Below, piece by piece: positions 1-19,519 of a stretch of 64,000 nt of DNA. The DNA is taken from NCBI RefSeq assembly GCF_009914755.1, contig NC_060936.1. One strand, 5' to 3'. This stretch comes from the human T2T-CHM13v2.0 reference genome, Homo sapiens. Position numbers and translations under genes: made by a program. A model generated the notes under the pieces. That model did no database searches and was not told the DNA's origin. It was given only the letters and a program-made list of their open reading frames with translations. The first letter of the stretch is position 1, and each line of letters opens with the position of its first letter.

Positions 1-760
1 GCAAGAAAGAGCTGAGAGTTTCCATATACCCTTTTCCCAGATTCCTCTAATGTCGAAATCTTGTACAACCACAGTACGATGATCACAGTGAGGGAACTGA
101 CATGGATATGATACTGTTAATGAAACTACAGACCGAATCCACATTTTATAGGCTTTTCCACGAACGTCCTGCTTCTGTCCCAGGATCCAATCCAGAGTCC
201 TCCTCTGCCTTTAGCTGTTATGTCTCGAGTCTCTTCCTTGTCATGGTTTTTCAGTCTCTCATGACCTTGACATTTGTGAAAAGCACTGGTCAACGATTTT
301 GAGAATGGCCCTCCATTTGGATTTGTCTGCCGTTCTCCTGTGTTCAAGACGAGGTTATGCATTTTGGCAAGAATGCCACAGAGGTGATGTTGTATCTGTC
401 TCGACGGCGTTGTGTCAACGTTAAACCTCAATCACTCAGTTAAAGTAGTGCCTGCTGATATTCTCCTTTGTAAAATTTCTATTTTTTTCCTTTGTAATGA
501 ATAACTTCCTTGGGGGAGGAACTTTGAGACCTTGCAAATATCTTGTTTTTCTTCGAACTTTCGCCTACTGATTTTGGCATCCGCTGGTGGGCCCTGCGAG
601 CAACAATGGCTAGTGTGGTGTTTGCCTGTGTGACGATTTTCTATTTTCTTTATTTATTTACTTTGAATTTATTAATTTATTGTTTAATTTTATCTATTTG
701 TATTTAAATTTATTGATGTGATTATTATTTAATTTATTACATTTATTAATTAGAATGCCT
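1..760 (-). mobile_element. Old L1M (L1MC/L1MB-like) 3' fragment
   Basis: Resembles antisense L1M 3' UTR (e.g. ttatgcatttttggcaagaatgccacagaggtgatgttgt); AT-rich distal end. Confidence 0.6.
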
Positions 761-2258
761 TTTTTAGGGAGGATGTCCCTTCTGGGTGGGGTAATTCCAG
801 GTCGTGGACTTTGCACCATTGCCCAGTTTCCTCGTGGGGTCAACTCCATGGCCCGCAAGAGTAGCTTGCTTGAAACACAGGACGCCCCTGTGGCTTTCTT
901 CCCCTCCCTGCCTTATTTGCTCACTCCCTGGGGATACATCCCACACCTTCCAAAGAGCATCGCTGCACTTAAATCCTGACTCAGGATCTGCTTCTTGGAT
1001 AGTCCAAACCCAGACAGCCCCTCTCACAGTACAGCACTTCCCCCCCCCCCGACAGATGGGACAAGGACGGAGACCAGGTCACTCCAGGGAGAGCCGTGGC
1101 TAGTGGAACAGCTCCACCGTGAAATGGGTTGAGGTCGAATCCAAAATCTGAATGAACCCTTTATTCCACCTATTCCCCAGCAGCCTCTTTTCTTTGTGAA
1201 CGTTTCCCCTATATTTTACCTAAATGAATGCAGCTGAACAGACTGTGCTTTAGAGCCTCTGGAAGACACCCAACAGAATGTTCCGAAAAATGCGATTATT
1301 TTTACACAAAATTGCCAATGTAAATTCAACTTCTTGTGACCAGCCTGGGATTCCCACACAACTGCATGCTGAGGTTGTTTTCCAGAAGGACCGAGGATGT
1401 CCAGCAGAGACTGATGGAGCTGTGAATAGCCCAAGGTGCTGTCTTACATTGTAGGCAGCCGAGGGGTTGACAGAACAAAGGCTTTGGAGCTAAATGGTGG
1501 CTGATAGACTTTGGCACCAGCTTAAATCAGTGAATTTCACAGATTTTGGAACATCTAGCTTCTGATTTCAGAGACACGTGGTGTCCTGATCTCTGGTGTC
1601 TAGGAAGCGTGGCTGGGGGGATGTGTGGTAGTGTTTGGCTTAGTGGATCAACACACCAGATTAAACCACTAGATGGTCCCCCTCCCTCTTCCAGCCCCCT
1701 CCCTCCCCCAGCCACTGATTGCTGGTGAACAGGCAGTTTGGGAGGGCTCAGGTCAGGCATCTGCCTGAAAAAAGGGTCAGGGATGTGGATAAAACAGAGA
1801 TTGACCCACTCTTCCCATTGAGCCTTTTCCCAGTTTTGAAATTTTCATATCATTTTCTGCTAAAAATATTCTTGAGGGAAAAAATATTTTTTTTTCAATT
1901 TTAGATTCCTAGGAGGACAAAGGGGGGAAAATGCATATGTAATGAGAGATGCAAATCTAGAACAAATTCACACTCCATTACCCAAAACCTTCGTGTTATC
2001 CAAAGTCAGGTATGTTTGGAGATGCGGCATTTTTTCTAAACTTTGGAAAGTAATATGTTACATATATTGTATATTACAGAACACCCCCGACCCAGCAGGG
2101 TTTGGGGAAGAACTCTGTAATAGCACGTTATTTTCTGTAGTAAATTTCAGGAATAGTCACGCTAAGCTGGATCAATAAAGGCTCTAAGTCAACTCACATC
2201 ACCTCAGTTCAGGTTTTGGTACCAAATGATTTATAAGAAAACTTGTGGTTTTAAGACC

Positions 2259-2590
<332 letters not shown>

Positions 2591-3419
2591 TGAGACCTTT
2601 CTTGATTCTGGATGTGTGGATATGGGTAAGGGATTGTGGACCTATTTCTCCTTTCTAGCCTGACATTAGAAATTAGGCTGACCCAGAGAAGCCTGCAGTA
2701 TTATTCCTCTTTGTTGGAAAAGTTTGCATCAACATCTTTGATCAGACCAACCAGAATCTGGTACAAAAGTTGCTTCCCTGTTTTTTTTGTAAGCCAAGGT
2801 GTGCTTTTGGGGAGGGAGACAGGAGTGCAGATGACCACGAGAGGCCTCTGTGCTGTGGGATGTGGGTGAGTGGGGAGAGGCAGGAAACTGGAACCTCTGC
2901 ATGGGTTTGACCTCCCCTTCCCCAGAGTCCGGCCAGGTTCCGTAGGGCTGGCTACAAACACCACCACCTCGCTTGTCATCCTGAGGATATCATTTTTGGG
3001 CAGCCAAGATACCCCAAAATGGCCTTATTTCCTTAGAGGGGTGGCTCAGAAAGGGAGAGCAGTTTGGCAATGAAAGAGACACACCACTGCAAGGAAAAAT
3101 ATACGCCCACTGTCAGTTTATTTTCATTGTAACCCCAGAGTCCTCTCGAGGGTGCTCACTGAGTACTATAATTTGCTGTGCACCATTTAGAGAAGAACAG
3201 AATTGAAACATATAAATAGGACTTTGAAAATAGCATGGAACACAGATCCTTTCTTTTTTTCCTTTGCAGAAAAGATATTTTGAATAAGTCTTTCAGGCTT
3301 TTTGATTTATAGGTTTGCTATTAACCGTGGCATTGAGCAGTCAAATACAAAGCATGCACGGCTGGAGTTCACCGGGCCCTGATGAGCACGGTTTTCACAG
3401 AATGAGCAAGCCAGGGCTT

Positions 3420-4220
<801 letters not shown>

Positions 4221-4447
4221 GTGAATCCCAAAGATATGGAGTGAGCTGGCCATAGGAGAAGAAGGAAGATGTGGGCAGGGAGGAGAGAGACTATTGTGTA
4301 TCAAATACCATTACTCTTGATAATGGCATGTATTAAGTGCTCACCAGTAGCTTTGCCCAGTACCTACTCTGGTCTCATCTAACTCTATGAAGTAGATACT
4401 ATGACTCTCCTCATTTTACAGATGAGGGAAAACAGAAGCTTATAGAG

Positions 4448-4643
4448 CAGTGTTGTTCAATATGGTAACCTCGAGCCATATGTGACCATTGATGTTTAAA
4501 TACATTGACTAATTAAGATGAGTTAATCAAACTGTGGCATTAGACAACACCTTAAGCCATACACATGTGGCTGTTGGCTACCGTATTGGACAGCACAGGC
4601 GCTGATCATTTCCATCACCGCAAAGTTCTCTGGGACAGGGCTG
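4448..4643. mobile_element. MER3-like hAT-Charlie DNA transposon inside a MIR
   Basis: cag...ctg termini with 8-bp TSD ttatagag/ttgtagag; MIR core cattttacagatgagg upstream. Confidence 0.75.
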
Positions 4644-5722
4644 TTGTAGAGGATAAATATGGGTCCCAACATCACATAACTGGAAAGTGGGAGAATCAAG
4701 ATTAGAACCTGGTGCCTTAGGCTTAGAGCCTTGTCTTGGAATCACCCTATTACACAGACGTCCAGTATTCATTTCTCTGACCACATCTGGGAGCTTTGAA
4801 ATCTGCCATATGTTGGGTAAAACTACTCTACATCTCAGCCACACCACCCTTATTTAACCCCTTCTTAAGAACACGTGGGTTCTGGCCACGTTTCTTGGAT
4901 GTTTTCATTTAGCACCTGGCGTGAGTCATAAGAGGAAACCAAACGATGGTCAGCTTGGCCTTTCTGCTTCCCCAGTAGCTGCGCGGCACAAACTAGTTGC
5001 AGCTGTCTCTTTCCTACCCCTTCACTTGCCTCCCAAAGGTGGATGGAAGCCTCCTGGTTACCAAATGAATAAGAAGTGGAAGGTGACCGAGGGCCATGAA
5101 TGATCAAATTAAAGGAAATGGCACATATTCCTCAAGCGGACTCCTTGTGCTGCAGTGTTGGCGGGACGAGAAGTGCTGCTTTGCCGAGCCCAGCATGGAA
5201 AATAATCCAATTTTCCTCTGACTTTTTCTGTTGAGGATTGCCAAAGAAGATGGCCTGTTTGGCTTCAATAATAGGAACAGCTAACGTTTATCCAGCGCTC
5301 AGAACACACCCTTGTCCTAATAGCTCCCCATGGATTAATCCATTGCCCTATGAGACAGGTGCTATTAATTTCACCTCCCTGAGGTCACAGGGCCAGTCAT
5401 GGTGGTGCAGGATGTGGACCAGGAGGCCTGGCTTCAGGGTCTGGGCTCTTAAGCTGGTGTAGTACTTCTTCTCTACCTTGGGTATGTCAAGCCGGAGGCC
5501 ACTTTCTTCCCTTTTTCAGATGCCTGTAGTTTGCTGATGGAGCCAGAAACTGATGTGTCTGGTGTTGAAGAGAGGCAAGCTGGGTATGCCCAGCCCTGTC
5601 TGTGGTTTGAAGCAGGCTCTCCACCTCTTCATTGCTGGGTGTCAGCACTGGCCCCGGGAGGTCTCCAGGAAGGATCCGGGCCATGTTCCGAGCTACAGGG
5701 AACGGAGTAGAAGTGTGAACCA

Positions 5723-6024
5723 GGCTGAGTGTGGTGGCTCACACGCTTGTAATCCTGGCACTTTGGAGAGGCTGAGGCAGGAGGATCACTTGAGCCCAGG
5801 AGTTCCAGACCAGTCTGGGCAACATAGTGAGGCCCCATCTCTACTAAAAATACAAAACATTAGTCGGGCGTGATGGTGTGTGCCTGTAGTCCCAGCTACT
5901 CAGGAGGCTGAGGCAGGAGGATCACCTGAGCCCAGGAAGTTGAGGCTGCAGTGAGCCGTGATTGTGCCACTGCACTCCAGCCTGGGTAACTGGAGTGAGA
6001 CCCTGTCTCCAAAAAAAAAAAAAA
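5723..6024 (+). mobile_element. AluJ
   Basis: Sense Alu dimer with A tail. Confidence 0.9.
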
Positions 6025-6126
6025 TTTTTTTTAATTCATAAATGTGCCACTGCACTCCAGCCTGGGTAACTGGAGTGAGACCCTGTCTCCAAAAAAAAAA
6101 AAAATTTTTTTTTAATTCATAAATGT
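5963..6126. repeat. 80-bp tandem duplication of Alu 3' end plus flank
   Basis: 5963-6042 and 6043-6123 are identical except for one extra T. Confidence 0.95.
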
Positions 6127-6179
6127 ACGGATTACACAGTCACTAAAAGTGTCATTGATTCACTATTGTCTCTATTCCA

Positions 6180-6240
6180 AAGATTAATTATTAAGATTAA
6201 TAGTTAAGATTAATATGAAGATTAATAATTAAGATTAATT
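6180..6240. repeat. 12-13 bp AT-rich tandem repeat, about 4.7 copies
   Basis: aagattaat core starts at 6180, 6193, 6206, 6218 and 6231. Confidence 0.9.
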
Positions 6241-6665
6241 GTGCAATAATAGTATTAAAACCAGAATGATAGGAATGGGAGCACATCTTATGATTTCTAC
6301 TTTGAAAAAGAGAGGAATTTCATTTGTGGCACAAGAGTAATTTTAAAAAAAACCCCAACAACCTGGGAGCATGCAGGGATGGTTAAAATGAAACGTGGAG
6401 TCCAGCGCGCAGGCCACCCGACAAGTATTCCCCCGTTTCCACTTCTCTCTTGCCATGCTTTGGCTTGGCTTCCATCTCTGGGATTTTCTTTCAATTCATT
6501 GACTATTCAAAGGGCTTCATTTTCAGGTCATTTTCCACGTAAGACTTTAACCCTTTCTTCTCTCTGCCCATCAGCCTGAAAAGTGCTTCCTTATTGCCTT
6601 TCTTTTCTACTGGTATTGGGCTGAATTGTTTAAACTTCAAAAATATGTACATAACATTTAAGAGA

Positions 6666-7008
<343 letters not shown>

Positions 7009-7049
7009 TAAACAAAAATGGTCCATATCTCCCATAATCCCTGTTTACA

Positions 7050-7348
7050 TTTTGTTGTTGTTGAGACAGGGTCTTGCTCTGTCGCCCAGGCTGGAGTGCA
7101 GTGGTGTGTTGTGGCTTACTGCAACCTCTGCCTCCCAAGCTCGAGCGATTCTCCCACCTCAGCCTCCAGAGTAGCTGGGACTATAGGTTTATGCCTCCAT
7201 ATCTGGCTAATTGTTTTAAAATTTTTTTTGTAGGGACAGGGTTTCACCATGTTGCCCAACCCGACCTCAAACACCTAGGCTTAAGCAATCTGCCTGCCTC
7301 GGCCTCCCTAAGTGCTGGGATTACAGGTATGAGCCACCATGCCTGGCC
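7050..7348 (-). mobile_element. AluJ
   Basis: Antisense Alu, TSD ctgttta(c/t)atttt. Confidence 0.9.
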
Positions 7349-7469
7349 CTGTTTATATTTTTTAAAATCCACTAAAATTTTTAATGCTTGATAATTTGAA
7401 CAGTGCAGAAAAATCCAACACGGAAAATAAGCTCCTCTCTCCTATTTTTCCTGCAGATTCTGCTTCCTA

Positions 7470-7640
7470 GGACTGTGTAGATTTAGTAAATTAAAATACA
7501 GGATGCCCAGGTGAATTCGAATTTCAGAGGAACAACAAATAATTGTGTAACATAAGTATATCCCATTTAAATAATTTTTTGGTATAAGAATGTCCCATAT
7601 ATTGCATGGGTTATACTTACACTAAAAATTATTCCTGAAA
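7470..7640. mobile_element. MER53-like hAT MITE
   Basis: agatttagtaaattaaaatacaggatgcccag...gtcccatatattgcatggg resembles the MER53 consensus. Confidence 0.65.
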
Positions 7641-7778
7641 AATTATGGAGAAACACAAGGCTGGCAGCATTGTAGGAAATGGGTTTTTTCTAGATCTAAG
7701 GGTTGAATGATACCTGCCACTTGGAATTCATGAAATTACTGGTTGTTGTTGAATCTTATTTCAAACAACAGAATTTGC

Positions 7779-8448
<670 letters not shown>

Positions 8449-9177
8449 TAGTGGACACAGGCAGGAGCTTTTCTCTTCCTTCTGCTGTTAAGCAGGATTC
8501 CTCCCAAGCCCAGACGTCTCTGGATCATCTCTGGATGTTAGCTGGAAGTTGGACCTCAGCTGCAAGGTCATTATCATCTCCTCTGATCTTCTGTCCTCGC
8601 CCTCTCCGCTTCCAGTGTGGGGCTCAGCATGTGTATTTACTCACCTCGCACTGTTTGTTTTCAGATTGAATCCGTGAGAAGGAAGCAAAGGCCTCTGTGT
8701 GTTTACTTTGCCCTGTGAAAGCCAGCCCAGGGGGTCAACTCCCTCTCCCACAGCCAGTGCACCCACCCCCCACCCACACCGCCCCCTCAGAAACCTTGCC
8801 CCTTGACAATATTTTCAAACCTTATACATAATCTCAATCCATTTTAATGTTCCAATCCATTACACATACCCATGTGCACAGGGGTGAGAGTCAAAATATT
8901 TAACATCTGGGAAGGCCAGGAGGCTGACCCATCAGATCTGGTCTCAAAGCTGAGCTGTGTCCTGGAAGTCCCCTGCTGTGCCAGAATCAACATGAGAGTT
9001 TGGGGAGGGGTGCCCCAAGGCAGTAGGGGGGCAGCAGGTGGGCAGCAGCTGTCTAACAACCTGTAAAAATGCATTTTGATCTCTTAACCAGTAGAACTGT
9101 AAGGCTGAGCACCAGCTGAATCTCAGCTTTGCATATGTAAGGCTGAAACCAAAGTTTCACAAAACAATACCTACTTT

Positions 9178-9887
9178 TGAAACCACCTTTGCAAAATTAT
9201 AACTGAGGAAATGACAACAGTGAAAGAAATCAGACCTAACCGACTCCATCTCGCTTCTAACCTTTAAGCTGTCCTTGTTCATTCCTGGGCATGGGCTGAA
9301 CAAACTTTGGGATGGAATTCAGTTCATGGTTTGACTCTGACACAGAATTGATAATAGCAGTTTCCGGAAAAGACCCCCTGCTTGCCTGGGGACCAGTCTG
9401 CCTTTGCAGGACTAACAAATTAGCTACAAGATGAGAAGTTACAGTTTAGGGGTCATGCAGCCTCTGGCTCCAAGAGTCTAAACCCCCCCAGATTGCTCCT
9501 AGGAATAAGATCACTGTTGTAAAACCTAAGATCAGCGCTTGAGATATTTTGCAGAGCCTGCATTCTGATGCACCAGCTAACACCACCCAGACCAGTCATC
9601 TGGCTCAGCCAGTTCTGCTATCCCACCCAGGAACAGAAGACAGCAAGAAAAACTCACTTCAAACCCCTGATTCCATCTCCAGTCTGGCCAATCAGCACTC
9701 CCCATTTCCCAAGCCTCTACCGGCCAAATTATCTTTAAAAGCTCTGATCCCTGAATGCTCGGAGAGTCTGATTTCAGTAATAATAAAACTCTGGTCTCCC
9801 GCACAGCCGGCTCTGTGTGAATTACTCTTTATCCATTGCCATTCCCCTGTCTAGGCACCGGGCAAGGTGAGCCCATTGGGTGGTTAA
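9178..9887 (+). mobile_element. LTR8-like ERV1 solo LTR
   Basis: Starts tgaaaccacctttgcaaaattat, ends cccattgggtggttaa, internal aataaa, 4-bp TSD cttt. Confidence 0.85.
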
Positions 9888-9989
9888 CTTTTACGTCTGT
9901 GACACATTCTGAGGTGTTTTGTCTACTTCTGTTTTGTTCTGTTCCATCCTATGCCAACTCATTCTGTCATTAAAAAAAAGAAAAAAGCT

Positions 9990-10311
<322 letters not shown>

Positions 10312-11089
10312 CTAACCTAGACTTGCTAAATTGATTTAATAACCATGAATTGGTCTCGGCCAGTTTGAAACACTGCTGTGATCTGGTAGCTCTCAAACTG
10401 CTCAGTGCCTGAGACCTACCTGGGGAAGTCTGCTAGACATGTGGATCCTCCATTCTCATTCTGCTGGCCCAGAGCCTGCATTTTTGAAGACCCCAAAGTG
10501 ATTCTGATGCAGGTGGTTCAGGAGCGACTCCAGATGGAAGGGTGTTTCCTGGCTGAAAGGCTCTGGTTTGGTTTTTTTCCTAAAAGCACAAGTATAATCA
10601 TAATCCCAAGTGCTGCATTTTCCTTAGAACTGAACCTGCTCAGCACAAGGCATGTTGTTCCTAGTGACAACACTGATGGCTTTTGCCATAAAAACTGTCT
10701 TTGGGCAAGGTTATCTCCAAGGCCTGGGATTCACCTGTGCCTCTGACCTGATAGTCATCTGGTGCTCTGAGTGCTGCTTCTCAAGGCACTGGGTGGGGAA
10801 GAGGAATTTTCAACTGTAGGATGTGGTTCACTCACCGAGCCAAGAATTATGGGTAGACCCCACATAACAGAGTAGACCAGTTGGCAACCCAGAACAAATT
10901 AGGAAAAATTGGCTCAAACTGTAATCCATCCTGCACACATTATTGTCTCCATTCATTAACTCACGTATGCATTAACTCAGCTAGTTTTATTGAGCACGTA
11001 CTGTGTGTCAGCCCTCATGCTTCATCTCTGGGACACAGTGGTGATTAAGAGGTGGCCTTGCTTGCTGTGCCTACAGAGGGGCAGATGGA

Positions 11090-11865
<776 letters not shown>

Positions 11866-11985
11866 TTATGAAAATTCAGAGAATACTGTAGACTAAGAAG
11901 TAAAACATGTCTTGCCTTCCATTCACCTTTCAATCTCTTCTTTCCCTAGAAGTTAACTATAGTATTGTTACCAGCTTGATGTATG

Positions 11986-12290
11986 TTTTATTATTATTAT
12001 TAATTATTCAAAGACAGGGTCTCACTCTGTCACCCAGCCAGAGTGCAGTGGTGCCGTCATAGCTCACTGCAGCCTTGAGCTCCTGGGCTCAAGCAATTCT
12101 CCCGCTTTAACCTCCCGAGTAATTAGGACGAGAGGAGCGTGTGGCGATGCCCAGATAACTTGCTTTACTTTTGGTAGAAATGGGATCTACTGTGTTGCCC
12201 CGGCTGGTCTCCAACTGCTGGCCTCAAGTGATTCTCCCAACGTGGTCCCCCAAGTGCTGGGATTACAGGCATGAGTCACTGCACCCAGCC
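11986..12290 (-). mobile_element. AluJ
   Basis: Diverged antisense Alu. Confidence 0.9.
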
Positions 12291-12684
12291 ATGTTCTTGT
12301 CTTTTCTTAACATTTATATACATGTATTAGTACTCATAGAAGTATTTGGTATTGTCTAACATAAATGGGATCATATGTACATATCATTCTGTAACTTGCG
12401 TTTTTGTTCAATGATATGATGTTTTGGATGTATTCTCATTTCAATTTGTGTAGTAGATAACAGATCAACCCCCCGCGTTCTTTCTGACTGATTCAGGAGT
12501 TAGATTACATGGTGTGCTTGTACCATAGTTTATTTCACTGTTCCCCAATGGATGGCATTTATATTGTTTTCGAGTTTTTGCGATTGCCGCAGATGCTGGA
12601 GTGAGCGTCCTTGTGGTACCTCTTTGCACACATTTGCTTATATTTTTCAAAGATGGACCTCTAGGTGTAAAATTTCTGGTTCTA

Positions 12685-13185
<501 letters not shown>

Positions 13186-13546
13186 GTGTCTGCGTTTAAA
13201 ACCTAATTGTGGCCTCCAACCAGGAGTGTAGAATGCCTGTTTCCCGGACCTTTCCCACATTGAACATTGTCAAACTTCTAGTTGTGAAAACCTAAGGGTG
13301 AAAAAAACAAACCTTGTTGTTGCCATGGTTTGCATTTGTCTTAACTACTAGCATGGTGGAGCAGCTGGTCAAATGTTAGGCAACCACCTTTACTTCTTTT
13401 GTGAATTATTGGTTCATATTCATTGCTCACTTTCTGTGTGTTCCTTAATCTTGTGTAGGAGTCTTTTATAAAATCTTAATGTGAATCTTTTGTTTTTATG
13501 TATGTTGTAACTAACTTTACCTGTAATGTGAACTTTGTGTCCTCTA

Positions 13547-14225
<679 letters not shown>

Positions 14226-15305
14226 TAAACATTTTACATTTTAATTTCTATGTTTTTTCCCTTTATGGCTTCTAGGTTTCCTGTCTTGTTTTAGAAATCT
14301 TATTTACCCCAAGATTTTTTTTTAAAAAAACACAACAACCATGCCCCCTTGAAACCTATCTCATTTATTTTCTTTTAATACTTGTATAGGATTTTTAAAA
14401 AATGTTGGCATTTTAATGCATTTGAAATTTCCATTTGTGAACAGTATGTGGCAATAATCTAATTTTATTTTATTTTCAAGATGGGTAGTTAATTTTCCTC
14501 ATACTGTTTATTAATCTATCTTTTCCCTTGTGATTTAAAAATGTCATCTTATATACTAAATTTACATTTACATACATACACACATATGGTGCACATGTAT
14601 ACATGTGCATCCTCCACACACACAGCTTTTTCTAGACACTCTTTGCTGTTCCATCTATCTATGTGTTCAATCTGTATTGACACAGGGTGGATACTTTAAG
14701 TTGTAAACAACTAAAAATTCAATGTAAACTGATTAAAACAATAAAACAAATGTGCAGCTCATAGCTGAGATGTTCAGGGCCTCAGACCAGGCAAGATCCA
14801 GCAGCTCAGGTGATAGAATAAGGACCTGCTTCCTTTCTCTGTGTTATTGGCTCCACCTCCTTCCTGTTGGTGCCATCTTGGTCTGAAGCCAGGAGCTTCC
14901 AAGGCTACATGCTTCCTTGATCATATCCAACATGAAAAAGGGGGAGTCTACCTAAACAAATTCCAGAATTGGGTCTTGTTGTCCTTTGACTTGTTTTGAT
15001 CCAAGAACTATGGTTGGAAGAATGGAATACACTGACTACCTTAAGCCAATCAAATCCCCGCTAGTGTTGGGGATGGGGTCAACCACACATTCATCCATTG
15101 GCTGGGATATTCAGGGTATTCTTTGGGAGTAGGAAGAGGGGGTTAGATGCTGGAGATGGCAAGGAATCGCCAAAGCACCTACATGTACCAGTATCACACT
15201 GTTTTAATGGTTACAGCTTTGTAGTATGTTTTAACATCGTACTGTTGTTTTTTTACACAATTTTATAGCTTTTCATCTTAGATGGATTTTGGAATCAGCT
15301 TCTCA

Positions 15306-15685
<380 letters not shown>

Positions 15686-16928
15686 TCAAGTCAACATGAA
15701 ATCATCATCTTTACAAGGTTGAACCTTCTTACCTAAAGAACTAGATAAATCTTCCTGTTTATTCAGATCTACTCATGGTATCCAATGAAGTTTTGTAATC
15801 ATCACATAGGTCTTGGGAATTTCTTGTTAATTTTATACCTCATTATTCTTCGTTTTTTTGTTGTTAATAAGATGGATCTTTTTGCCCCTGGCATTTTGTA
15901 ATTGGTTGAGGCTGCTGTAAAGGAAGTTTACTGGTATTTGTATATTTATCTTATATCTGGCCACTGACTGAACCTCTTATTGGCTATAATGCTTTTTCAG
16001 TTGGTTCTCCTCCAAGCAGTCTTTACCTCCTTTTCCTCCTCTGTGTTCTGCAGTTTGGCTCATTCTCTCCTCTTGGAATCATATGTAGTTCCTTAATTGT
16101 CAGCTCCCTCAACCTTCTCTTATAGTTTCTCCTTCTTTACTTTGCCTCCTCCATCCTACACTACCTTCCTTCCCCAAGAACGGTTCCATTCAATGAGTCA
16201 AAAACATTCAACACCTTCAGGTTTGGTGTGTAGTATGAAGTGGATAGTTTCCCCCACATTTCCCTTAATGTATAAAATTCTTTGTCGAATAAATTGAAGG
16301 CTGTCATTTACAAGCTGCCATACTGTAGGGTAGTAATTATTCTTATACTTGTTATCCAGTTTAACTGTCTAACAGGGCCAGTGAAATAAACCACCATGTT
16401 TCTGGAGAGAGAAACTCTTTTGGGGGTTATGGCAGGGTGTAATTTAACTCTCTTTGTTAGAGCTCCAATACATGTTTTCTTGCCACTGCTTTTGGAGATA
16501 GGGAAGCAAGTATTTTTGCCCAAAATTCATTAGATTTTTAAAAATTGCATATTTTACTCTTTACAACAGGCTAGATAGCATAGAAACAGGTTGCTCATTG
16601 CAACAGTTAGATAACTTAGAAATAAAAAGCATATTAATAATCCCCCTAACTCCCACCCCCAGGTAACAAATAGTAACAATTTAGTGTGTGCCCTGCTATG
16701 CCATGTTTATACATATGGACGTATTATAGGCTTTGGTTTTTTAAAGTAAATAAGAGTATACTATTCATATTACAACTTGCTGCTCTTTTTAAAAATACAC
16801 CGTGTAGAAGAGTTTTATTTTTACAAGAAAGTTGCAAAAATAGTACAGAGAGTTCTCATCTACTCTTCACCCTGTTTCCTCTATTGTACATTTGTCAAAA
16901 CCAGGAGATCAACCCTAGCACGTTACTA

Positions 16929-17231
<303 letters not shown>

Positions 17232-17370
17232 TAAAGAAGCTCCACACTTCTTTGAGCCATCACCAGTTTTCTCCAATATTTCCCTGCTGTTTTAGGGAAC
17301 CAGCCAGGACACCACAGGACATTCAGTTGTCATGTCTCTTAGTCTCCTCCAATCTGAGATGGTTCTTTAG

Positions 17371-17682
<312 letters not shown>

Positions 17683-18292
17683 TAAAGTGCCATTTCCATC
17701 ACATCATATCAGTAGAACATGGTATTGACGTCACTGACGATGCTAACCTTGATCAAACGCCAGTTGTTTCTGAACTTAATATATCAGCTATCCCTTCAGG
17801 TGAACACCCTGCCCTAGTGCACTCTTTTTAGCAACTGCGTAATATTCCATACTGTTGATAAAACATGGTTCATTCCAGTCTTCCAAAGTTCTCATATACA
17901 TGTGAAAATGAGGTGAAAACTCAGTTCACTGTGTGGATAAGAGTGATTCTCAATACGTGTGTTGAACTGGAATGACAGTGACACCTCTGTGTCACTGCAG
18001 GTGAGTTAAAGTTTTGGGGTCCCAGTACAGGGAGGCACTAGATAGAAGGTAGTTTCAAGGAGGGGAGGATGAATCCACAGAGGCTGACAGAACCAAGTGG
18101 GGAAGCTTCAGAAAGTGAATAAATAGGTGGAAAAAAGGATTGGGTGATAATTATGACTTGACTTCAGGTGAGAAAAGAAAATCATTATAAATGGTGGGAT
18201 GCAGGGAATGCTGGGGGACCATGGAGGACCATGGGGAGGACTTTGGGAAGAACCAGATTAAACCCCAGCTTGATCCAGGCACTTCAAGATCA

Positions 18293-18697
<405 letters not shown>

Positions 18698-19519
18698 TTA
18701 TCAATGGTGGCTCCTGCAGAAGCCAAGAATCCAAATATTTTCCAAAAGTTCTTTGTTTCACGTGGGGCGCTGGGGTTCCCCTTTCCACTAGATGAAGGCT
18801 TCTCCCCACCCCCACTCCCCCTTAGGAAATCTGGAGCCACACTGCAGGGTGGCTTTGTCATTGACATGCCAGCATTCCATACATGCAGAAGGGTCACTCA
18901 GCTTTTGAAAGTGAAAAGTTAGGGTCACTGCAATTTCCCCTTCCTTTGGATGTCTGTGGCCAGGAGCTCTCCACACAGGCCCTTTCTTCTCTGCCTGCTC
19001 TCACCCTCCCCGTCCCAAGCAGACAGAAACCAGATCTCTCCCCCCACCCCTGAAATGAAATTTCAAATCAGGAACACGTGAGGCTTTGTCTAAAAGGTAA
19101 CCGATGTCAGAGAGAGCACATTGCCAATTCAATTATTCTCCTTCCTGCTGGAGACCGCAGCTTATTTCAAGCCTAATGATGGCATTTTGGGCTCACATGC
19201 TAATTTCATAGCTGTTTCCTGGGGAGGAGGGAGAGTTAGCCGGCCTTTCTGATGGTCATATCCATTGACGGTGGTGTTTTGCTGCTTCCTGAGCCGGTTC
19301 TGCAGAACTTCGGCCCTCAAACAATAATACTCTGGTTTCTTAAAATGATGATAAATGGTTAGATTAGGTCGCTCCACATATGGCAACAAGACTTGATGGA
19401 GACAGCCCAGTGCCTGAGCGCTTCCTGACAGCAGCATCCACACTCCTTGGAGTATCACCTCTCACCCCACCTGTTGGGAGGGAACTGGCTGTGTTGCTTT
19501 CAGAGAATGTGATAATTAT

